Shown: piece after piece, positions 25,308 through 32,000 of the stretch
How the letters are laid out: each line of letters opens with the position of its first letter
Numbering within the stretch: the first letter of the stretch is position 1
DNA from: Nostoc punctiforme PCC 73102
GTDB lineage: Bacteria > Cyanobacteriota > Cyanobacteriia > Cyanobacteriales > Nostocaceae
Length of the DNA: 32,000 nt
Assembly: GCF_000020025.1 (NCBI RefSeq)
Contig: NC_010628.1
Coordinates: forward strand, 5,760,001-5,792,000
Reading direction: 5' to 3'
The notes under the pieces: model-generated
The model's database searches: none
What the model was told of the DNA's origin: nothing
What the model saw: the letters and a program-made list of their open reading frames with translations, nothing else
Translations under genes and position numbers: made by a program

Positions 25308-26000
25308 GTTGATTTTTGGTTCCAATGATTGATGGGCTCAAAAAAGCAGCAATTCGCTTGAAATTTTAAATTCAGCCAAAGAATACAGGGCAGCTAAATA
25401 TATTACTCTGAAGTTATTTACTATAAACCAATCGGTTTATTTAGCCTTGAGAGAAATTAAAATATACATACTCCGATGCTCAAAATGTATGTAGATTAGG
25501 CATTTTTCAAAAAGTTCAGTATTTTTCCTTCTTTTTTTATATCTGTGTTGCGCCGGTTCCTAAACTTTGGTCAAATGAGCAAGGGACTTGCTTCTCTGCA
25601 CTTGGAGCGGTTCAATGAAGAAAAACAAGTAGTCTCAACTGCTCTCTTGAGATTTTATATTATAGAAGGATACCTAAGTTTTCCCGGCCTAGGCATCCAA
25701 TAGCAACATAACCTATTAAATAGATTGTTAACTATATTCTAATTACTAATTTTAATTTTGAAATGCTTCTTAGGACACTTTATAAATTGCTCCTTAAGTA
25801 GGATGCCAAAATTAGATATTAGTTTGACTTTAATAATTATGAAAGTATTTTCTCAAAACAGAATTCAGGATTCTAACCAAAAAAGCGGATAGTGCAGCCT
25901 AAAGCCTGTAAAGAAGCAAGCTATGCGGGGCATCTCGTAGAGAGTATCTTGATTATGACTTCTGAATTATTCTTTAACTGCAAAATATTCTTTTGTAATA

Positions 26001-26026
26001 GGTGCGTTACACTACCTTAACGCACC
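26001..26026 (-). terminator. Hairpin downstream of ppx (possible terminator, or a dispersed palindromic repeat)
   Basis: ggtgcgtta / taacgcacc forms a 9-bp stem. It lies 19 nt past the ppx stop, with only a weak U-tract. Confidence 0.4.
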
Positions 26027-26044
26027 CTACTTTCTAAAACATTT

Positions 26045-27697
26045 CTAAAACAATTTAGCAACGTTCGATTTTTCTAAAGTTGCTACTAATTTAACTCCAA
26101 ATTCTTCCTCAAAGACTCCTTTTTTATAATCTAAACTCCAAAGTTCTAAAGCACAGTCATCATCAGGTTGAGATGGAAAAATCAGCAGGTTTACCTGTCG
26201 AAGTTGTTGATAATACTCACATTGTACTTGAGATATAGCGCCAATTTGCCGTCTATCTAATGCCACCGCCAATCTTAGAATTGCACTCAATTGACTAACC
26301 ATTTGGCACTGCTCTTTAGTCAGCATACTCTGGTAAATTTCATGTTTTTTCTTCGGCGGCGATTTGCGATGATAACGTGCTAAGTTGGCTATGATTTCAA
26401 TCTCGGTTTCTGTATAACCAAGTAATTCACCATTGCGAATTAGATAATAAGAGTGCTTGTGGTGAGACGAATGACTGACATAATGACCGCAATTATGTAA
26501 TATTGCAGCTGCCCACAGCAGTTGTCGCTCGTCAGATCCCCAGTGATGTAACGTACCTTGAGTTTGGTCAAATAAACTCTCGGCAAATTTGGCGACGCGA
26601 TCGCTATACTCTAAGTTAACGTGGTATTTATTAGCGAGTTTTAAAACATTCCTTTCCCGAACTGAACCTTGGTAACGCAGTTTATCTTCAATTAAGCCGT
26701 GGGTTAACATCCAGTCTACGATTACGCCTTCTCGCAGAGAACGCTCACAAATTGCGATCGATTCACTGCCCAAAAGGATCATCGCCTCCTGCAATATTAC
26801 TGCACCAGCCAGTATAACTTCAGACCGCTTATCTGGCATTCCTGGAATCGCAGACTTTTCGGAATTACTCAGTTTCCGCAAGCGATTTACCAACTCTCGC
26901 AAGTCTTTAAGACTAAACTGATAGCCATTGAGAGTGGAAGGAATAACACCTGACTTTTCTCGTGCATGAATCATCGCTAGGGTTTCAATCGTGCCAGATG
27001 TACCCACCAAACGCGGAGATTCCCCAAACTGGAAATTTGCTAATACCTCATCCACGGAACGTTCTAACATACCGCGTGTATAGGATTGCAAATACACAAA
27101 CTCTGTGTTGCTGATGGGATCGGTAGTAATTAACTCGCTAGTGAGTCGCACTGCACCAACTTTGGTACTGGTGAGAGTGCGCGGTTCGTGACTATCGCCC
27201 AAAATTAATTCTGTGGAACCACCGCCAATATCAATAATGGTATGGGGTTGGTTGTGAAATTCCATCCCCGAAAGCACGCCAAGGTAGATTCGTCGGGCTT
27301 CTTCTTGACCAGAAATCAAGTCAACGCTTAAACCCAATTCCTTTTCTACTCTGTGCAAAAAATCTTTACCATTGGGGGCTTCGCGCACGGCACTAGTCGC
27401 CACAGCAATGATTGTTTCAGCATTGATGGTTTTGGCAACTTCTTGAAAGCGTCCTAAAGCAGCGATCGCCTTTTTAACGATCTCTGGTTTGAGTTCTCCA
27501 GTGGTAAGATTGCGATCGCCAAGTCTCACAGTTTCTTTTTCTCTGGCGATAATGCTAAAGGCTGGTAGCGTCGGGTCAATTTTGACTACTACCATGTGTA
27601 GAGAATTTGTTCCCAGGTCAATGGCAGCAATAATCCGATGTTGCTTAGGTGGTTGAGTTGCAGAACTCTCCCAGCTAGCCGAAACTAAATTTTGCAT
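26045..27697 (-). CDS. ppx: Exopolyphosphatase / guanosine pentaphosphate phosphohydrolase (Ppx/GppA family) with a C-terminal HD-like domain
   Basis: The ASKHA-fold motifs are AAIDLGTNSLHMVVV, DIGGGSTEL and GTSGT. The C-terminal block is HNCGHYVSHSSHHKHSYYLI. Confidence 0.9.
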   Translation of the reverse strand: MQNLVSASWESSATQPPKQHRIIAAIDLGTNSLHMVVVKIDPTLPAFSIIAREKETVRLGDRNLTTGELKPEIVKKAIAALGRFQEVAKTINAETIIAVATSAVREAPNGKDFLHRVEKELGLSVDLISGQEEARRIYLGVLSGMEFHNQPHTIIDIGGGSTELILGDSHEPRTLTSTKVGAVRLTSELITTDPISNTEFVYLQSYTRGMLERSVDEVLANFQFGESPRLVGTSGTIETLAMIHAREKSGVIPSTLNGYQFSLKDLRELVNRLRKLSNSEKSAIPGMPDKRSEVILAGAVILQEAMILLGSESIAICERSLREGVIVDWMLTHGLIEDKLRYQGSVRERNVLKLANKYHVNLEYSDRVAKFAESLFDQTQGTLHHWGSDERQLLWAAAILHNCGHYVSHSSHHKHSYYLIRNGELLGYTETEIEIIANLARYHRKSPPKKKHEIYQSMLTKEQCQMVSQLSAILRLAVALDRRQIGAISQVQCEYYQQLRQVNLLIFPSQPDDDCALELWSLDYKKGVFEEEFGVKLVATLEKSNVAKLF

Positions 27698-27998
27698 CTA
27701 GTTTTCTCTCTTTATAAGAAACGGTGGTATGTCGGGGTAGCTGGCACTGATATTTATTGCAACGTACTTACTCAAACTGAATGCTGAGTAAATTAAAAAA
27801 TACTCAGCACTCACAACTCAGTTTTGTCAAGGGGCAACTGAGCTAAGTATATTCACCCTAATGCGTCTAAGGCTAGCGACTATTAAAAGATATTTAAAGT
27901 TGCCATTTTGGGTGATATTTTTACAAATAACAAATAACGTTATTCTATAGATGTAAAGATGTGTGAACTCATCTATCTAAAGTTATTTGTTGATTTCT

Positions 27999-28880
27999 AT
28001 GTTAAGGATGCCAGAACGCCCCCAGCCACCAGTTTGGCTTGTAATTATCCGGCTTTTACGCTGGCATAAACCAGAAGGACGGTTAATTTTAATGATTCCT
28101 GCTCTTTGGGCTGTGTTTTTAGCAGCTTCTGGGAAACCGCCTTTACCTCTGGTTGGTGTAATTATATTGGGTACTCTGGCCACAAGTGCGGCGGGATGTG
28201 TTGTCAATGATTTATGGGATCGGGATATCGATCCAGAAGTGGAGAGAACACGCGATCGCCCCCTCGCTTCTCGCGCTTTGTCTGTGAAAGTTGGGATTGT
28301 AGTTGCGATCGTATCACTAGCATGTGCAGCTATCCTGGCTTTTTACCTTAACCCCCTAAGTTTCTGGTTATGTGTGGCAGCAGTGCCCGTAATTGTCCTT
28401 TATCCAGGCGCAAAGCGAGTGTTTCCTGTACCGCAACTGGTACTTTCCATCGCTTGGGGTTTTGGAGTGTTGATTAGCTGGAGTGCAGTTACCCAAACCA
28501 TCACTCAACCAACTTGGTTACTTTGGGGCGCGACTGTACTGTGGACATTGGGATTTGATACAGTTTATGCCATGAGCGACAAGGAAGACGATCGCCGCAT
28601 TGGTGTTAATTCAAGCGCCCTATTTTTTGGGAATTATGCCCCTGTAGCTATTGGAATTTTCTTTGCTGGCACAATCTTGTTATTGGCTTGGTTAGGTTTA
28701 CTCATAAATCTGCACTTCGCCTTCTGGATTAGCCTTGCAGTTGCTACTATTGGATGGGTTTGGCAATCTCTGCGATTAAGACAGCGAGATTTACCTAATT
28801 CTGTTTATGGTAAGATGTTTCGGCAAAACGTATGGATTGGTTTTATTTTGCTTGCTGGGATGATCGCTGGATCTTTTTAA
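27999..28880 (+). CDS. ubiA: 4-hydroxybenzoate polyprenyl(solanesyl)transferase, UbiA family (plastoquinone pathway type)
   Basis: NDLWDRDIDPEVERTRDRPLASR and YAMSDKEDDRRIGVNS are the two Asp-rich UbiA motifs. The protein is polytopic. Possible starts are TTG 27987, ATG 27999 or ATG 28008. Confidence 0.9.
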   Translation: MLRMPERPQPPVWLVIIRLLRWHKPEGRLILMIPALWAVFLAASGKPPLPLVGVIILGTLATSAAGCVVNDLWDRDIDPEVERTRDRPLASRALSVKVGIVVAIVSLACAAILAFYLNPLSFWLCVAAVPVIVLYPGAKRVFPVPQLVLSIAWGFGVLISWSAVTQTITQPTWLLWGATVLWTLGFDTVYAMSDKEDDRRIGVNSSALFFGNYAPVAIGIFFAGTILLLAWLGLLINLHFAFWISLAVATIGWVWQSLRLRQRDLPNSVYGKMFRQNVWIGFILLAGMIAGSF

Positions 28881-28985
28881 TCAGTAAAAAGGGAATTTTA
28901 ATAACTTTGATTATGGGATTTTTCTTTGAAGCGTACTTTGAAACCAAAGCAACTGCGCGTCTATAAAGTTAGACAAAAAATATTT

Positions 28986-29765
28986 ATGAGTTTTTCTATG
29001 AGTAAATTATTTGATTCGTTTAGTCCATTAATTCAGTATATGCGTACTTGGGCAGCAATAAGTCTGCTATGTTTAGTTGTCGCCTGGTCATTTCCTGCAC
29101 AAGCTGCTAGCCGAATTGATCCGCAATTAGAACAGCAAGTATTACAAATTATCCGCGAACATCCAGAAGCAATTATTGAATCTGTTCAAGCTTATCAACA
29201 GCAGCAACAACAGAAACTAAAGCAAGCACAGCAAGCATTTTTACAAGATTTCAAGACGAACCCTCAAACAGTAATTGGTGAGTCTCCCACTACAGGTTCA
29301 ACTCAATCAAAAACTGTGCTAATAGAATTTTCCGATTTTCAATGTCCCTACTGTGCTGAGGCGCATAAAACCTTGAAACAATTATTAGCAAAGTATCCAG
29401 ATAAGGTAAAATTAGTTTACAAAAATTTACCACTAATTTCAATTCATGCTGAAGCATTACCATCTGCGACAGCAGCTTGGGCAGCATATCAACAGGGCAA
29501 ATTTTGGGAATATCATGATGCGCTATTTACTAATCAAAAGCAACTAGGTCAAGCGTTATATTTAGATATTGCTAAAAAACTGAATCTAGATTTAGGTAAA
29601 TTTAAACGCGATCTTAATCTTGCTACTCCCGCAATTACAAAAGATGTCCAATTAGCAGAGAAGTTGGGTGTTTCTGGCACACCGTTCTTTATCATTAATA
29701 GTCCAACTTTTTCAGGAGTTGCACAGCTAGCGGATATCGAAAATATATTGACTGCTGCTAAGTAA
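28986..29765 (+). CDS. DsbA-family thiol:disulfide oxidoreductase (secreted or periplasmic)
   Basis: It has a signal/anchor sequence (WAAISLLCLVVAWSFPAQA), a Gln-rich linker, and the thioredoxin-fold active site FSDFQCPYCAE. The C-terminal block is GVSGTPFFIIN. ATG 28986 is preferred over TTG 28926. Confidence 0.85.
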   Translation: MSFSMSKLFDSFSPLIQYMRTWAAISLLCLVVAWSFPAQAASRIDPQLEQQVLQIIREHPEAIIESVQAYQQQQQQKLKQAQQAFLQDFKTNPQTVIGESPTTGSTQSKTVLIEFSDFQCPYCAEAHKTLKQLLAKYPDKVKLVYKNLPLISIHAEALPSATAAWAAYQQGKFWEYHDALFTNQKQLGQALYLDIAKKLNLDLGKFKRDLNLATPAITKDVQLAEKLGVSGTPFFIINSPTFSGVAQLADIENILTAAK

Positions 29766-29824
29766 ATTGGTGTGTTTTAAAATAACCTCTCACTGTTTAA
29801 GTAATTAAGTGTAAATAAATTCGA

Positions 29825-29870
29825 GTTTGTAGTGAGCGATTCATCGCTCACTACAAACTAGGATTTTATT
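29825..29870 (+). terminator. Intrinsic terminator after the DsbA-like gene
   Basis: A perfect 15-bp stem, gtttgtagtgagcga / tcgctcactacaaac, has a 4-nt loop and is followed by taggattttatt. Confidence 0.7.
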
Positions 29871-29964
29871 GTATGTTTAATTGTGCCTAGCTACATTTTT
29901 TTATAATGATGTCTGATAACTAGCAATAAGCTTGATCGAAATATAAGGCTCATATTTGATTTTT

Positions 29965-30078
29965 GAAAAAACTCCGTACAACTCAAAAAGCCTTCTTTCC
30001 TATTGCCTATTGCCTACCCACGTAAGTAAATATGGCTACGCTCCCGTAGGGATACAAAAATCAAAGCAAATTCCTATA
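29965..30078 (+). repeat. Roughly 115-nt dispersed repeat, copy 2
   Basis: See copy 1 at 25193-25307. Confidence 0.7.
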
Positions 30079-30171
30079 TACTGTGTAAAGATTGTATCTC
30101 CATAGCATCTGTTTAGATAAATACTTTTTTATTTAACAATAATGTGCATCTTTAGTTAGAGGTTTCATACA

Positions 30172-30535
30172 ACACTTTAGTGATGTACTTGAAGCAAGTG
30201 TAAGGAGTAGCTGATGAGGAGTGATGAGAAGGAATTTTCTTCACTCCTCATGTTCTTAAAGATATGGTAACTTAAAGCTTCTTTTAAGATTAGGGAAGTC
30301 AGAAAACCTGCCGCACCTGACTCAACCTTAAAAAGGCTTCTGATTCTGTCAACACACTTTAGTGATGTACTTGAAGCAAGTGTAAGGAGTAGCTGATGAG
30401 GAGTGATGAGAAGGAATTTTCTTCACTCCTCATGTTCTTAAAGATATGGTAACTTAAAGCTTCTTTTAAGATTAGGGAAGTCAGAAAACCTGCTGCACCT
30501 GACTCAACCTTAAAAAGGCTTCTGATTCTGTCAAC
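30172..30535. repeat. Tandem duplication, 2 x 182 bp, one mismatch
   Basis: Unit 1 (30172-30353) and unit 2 (30354-30535) are identical except ccgcacc versus ctgcacc. Each unit holds an 11-bp inverted repeat, atgaggagtga ... tcactcctcat. Confidence 0.9.
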
Positions 30536-30568
30536 ATTCCTCCAGAACTACAAGCATCGTCATATACT

Positions 30569-31571
30569 AGAGTTGTCGGGAAATAAAAGATAAGTGAGGC
30601 AATGCTGGTCTTGTAATTGGGATTCTCTTAAGCAGCCATCAAGTAGAAGTTCCATAATCCTGCTGCGGTCAGCATCAAATGGTCATCAAAGTTTTCAATC
30701 CGATTACGATAAATGACACTGGCGGCGTTGTAGCGCTTCACACCAGCAAAGGCATTTTCGCAAACTACACGGGATTGACTCAATTGACGATTCTCCGTTT
30801 TTTGAAGGTCACTTAACTTGCCCCCTTTGGGCTTTTTGTGAGGAAGATGGAGATTGTCATACTGCTTCTGTAATCCCTGAAAGCCCGAGTCTACTTCAAT
30901 CGGAATTTCATCAGGCACACTACCTGCAATGTCATCTTCGTCATGAAAACGTTTGTCATGCAGTTTGCCTTCTCGTGCTTTGCTTAAGATCAAGACCCGT
31001 TTGGTTTCATCAACTGCCGCCAAGTGTTTATGCGTATGACGTTTCTTTTTACCGGAGTAATTCTGTTGTTGTTGTTCTCTTTCTTGAGGTCGCGCAATTG
31101 GGCGTTCTGTCCCATCAATCATCACTCGTTGCACTCCTGGAAAGCGTGACAAAAATGCTTCAATGCTTTCGAGATGGCGTTCCGGCAGCGCCATCTTCTG
31201 TCCCAAAGCCGCTTCTAATATTGGCTGCAATCGATGCATCCACTCATGTGCCTGGGAGCGATGCATATCAAAGAGCAGTCCCGCCACATCGAAGGTCGGA
31301 TAACATTTGAAATAGAAAAGGATGAAAAACAATTTGTCTTGGGCTGTAAGTAAGCGGGCTTTGCGTCCTCCACCCAGGCCACGTTGACGAGGCTTGGCCT
31401 GTTGAGTATCTAGGTACATCGTGGTAAACGTGGGCAAAAGGGCATCAAATGCTTTCCGGTTCAACCCAGTTAATGCCCTCAACAGTCGGTCTTGCTTCAG
31501 CGCACCTTCAATATTCAGCATCATTCTTCCCTACCACTGCTGTCTATTCTCTCTTATTTCCCGACAAGTCT
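30569..31571 (-). mobile_element. IS5-family insertion sequence (about 1003 bp) with imperfect terminal inverted repeats and a 3-bp ACT duplication
   Basis: The left end is agagttgtcgggaaataa. The reverse complement of the right end is agacttgtcgggaaataa (17 of 18 match). ACT occurs at 30566-30568 and 31572-31574. It has a single transposase ORF. Confidence 0.8.
30628..31524 (-). CDS. DDE transposase (DDE_Tnp_4 / Harbinger-like, IS5 family)
   Basis: The 298-aa protein has MIDGTERPIARP, YSGKKKRHTHK, EVDSGFQG, PHKKPKGGKLS and NRQLSQSRVVCENAFAGVKRY, the typical blocks of this transposase type. Confidence 0.9.
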   Translation of the reverse strand: MMLNIEGALKQDRLLRALTGLNRKAFDALLPTFTTMYLDTQQAKPRQRGLGGGRKARLLTAQDKLFFILFYFKCYPTFDVAGLLFDMHRSQAHEWMHRLQPILEAALGQKMALPERHLESIEAFLSRFPGVQRVMIDGTERPIARPQEREQQQQNYSGKKKRHTHKHLAAVDETKRVLILSKAREGKLHDKRFHDEDDIAGSVPDEIPIEVDSGFQGLQKQYDNLHLPHKKPKGGKLSDLQKTENRQLSQSRVVCENAFAGVKRYNAASVIYRNRIENFDDHLMLTAAGLWNFYLMAA

Positions 31572-32000
31572 ACTAAACAAGTACTGCCTTTAACCTGATT
31601 TTTAACTGGAAAAAATATCAAATTCACCATTAATTTAATAATATCACGAGGGGTAAAGTGTTCTTGTGCTTCTTCGTTATTCTCTGCGTTAAACCCTGTT
31701 GTGCTTCATTCTGTCCAAAATGGCCTTCTTCCAGCACCTTGTAATGCTTAAGAACCTTTTCCTTGTTTGGTTCCAGTAACCAATCCAAACGCCGCAGTAC
31801 CGGCATTGGCAAAATTACATCTCGGTACTTACCGCGTACATAGACATCCCTTTGCATCATCAGCAATATTCCAGATAAAGTTAATAATAGTGTTGTGTGT
31901 CGTGTGACTCATGTTGCCAGTACAGAAGGCAATCGCATGATTCATATTTTGATTCAGCAATGCCATAATTTTTAATGCGATCGCACCTATCACTACAATC

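Larger units (their letters stand above)
30172..31912 (-). pseudogene. Decayed type I R-M HsdM-like N6-adenine DNA methyltransferase gene, interrupted by the IS
   Basis: Minus-strand pieces lie in different frames: MSHTTHNTIINFIWNIADD / RDVYVRGKYRDVILPMPVLRRLDWLLEPNKEKVL / FNAENNEEAQEHFTPRDIIKLMVNLIF...STCL / (IS) / VYDDACSSGGMLTESEAFLR. These match the HsdM_N block, the EHFTPR block and SAM motif I (DPxCGSGGML). The C-terminal half, including NPPF, is absent. Confidence 0.6.

Noticed and set aside
25575-25703. 42-aa ORF (MSKGLASLHLERFNEEKQVVSTALLRFYIIEGYLSFPGLGIQ) in the long spacer
   Set aside because: It has no SD motif and reads straight through two hairpins and a terminator-like stem. 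The segment is more plausibly non-coding structure.
30172-30535. The 182-bp repeats as a CRISPR array or tandem ncRNA genes
   Set aside because: There are only two units, directly abutting with no spacers, and the unit length is far above CRISPR repeat size. The sequence carries residual methyltransferase coding similarity on the minus strand.
31630-31866. 78-aa ORF as an independent intact gene
   Set aside because: It is the middle piece of the HsdM-like pseudogene. The conserved sequence continues in other frames on both sides, and its 'start' MLMMQ arises from a frameshift.
1-32000. Search for tRNA, rRNA, tmRNA, RNase P RNA and CRISPR arrays
   Set aside because: I saw no T-loop/acceptor patterns, rRNA-like conserved blocks or regularly spaced short repeats. 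This was by-eye scanning only, so a tRNAscan/Infernal run is still advisable.

Overview
The window looks like a chromosomal segment of a filamentous, Nostocales-type cyanobacterium. Supporting signs, all counted by eye: about 30 copies of the HIP1 palindrome GCGATCGC, STRR-type heptamer tracts (CCCCAGT, TAATGAC, CCCAATK), small dispersed repeats, and a GH100 neutral/alkaline invertase. Most of the window is ordinary housekeeping. Genes called: invertase, rsmB, a TerB-like protein, a class A PBP, folK, a Nudix/ADP-ribosylglycohydrolase pair, prohibitin, PAP2, a same-strand run of Gpx, SDR, alpha/beta hydrolase and Prx-Grx hybrid, an Amt ammonium transporter, DUF2141, a PG-binding/HEAT protein, a DMT transporter, ppx, ubiA-type prenyltransferase and a DsbA-like protein. 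I found no rRNA, tRNA or CRISPR array. I also found no convincing intact novel multigene system such as a defence island or biosynthetic cluster. The interesting content is mostly small-scale genome dynamics. (1) A composite G-run/core/heptamer repeat module sits in frame inside rsmB, and a second copy abuts the PBP stop codon. (2) A J-domain gene remnant carries a 24-nt dispersed-repeat insertion that introduces two in-frame stops. (3) A 179-bp MITE-like element with a 9-bp direct duplication lies upstream of amt. (4) The right end holds a decayed type I R-M HsdM-like methyltransferase gene. It is hit by frameshifts, an internal deletion, a roughly 1-kb IS5-family insertion with a 3-bp duplication, and a near-perfect 182-bp tandem duplication. 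(5) Two opposed gene stumps are fused at the left edge. Function-level candidates worth testing are the tightly linked Nudix/ADP-ribosylglycohydrolase pair, a 5-TM coiled-coil double-zinc-ribbon membrane protein upstream of PAP2, a PBP1A with a 113-aa Ser/Arg-rich tail, and a 1.1-kb gene-free structured region. Many ORF-track starts are TTG or GTG, so where an ATG with a Shine-Dalgarno-like motif lies just downstream I give that as the start.
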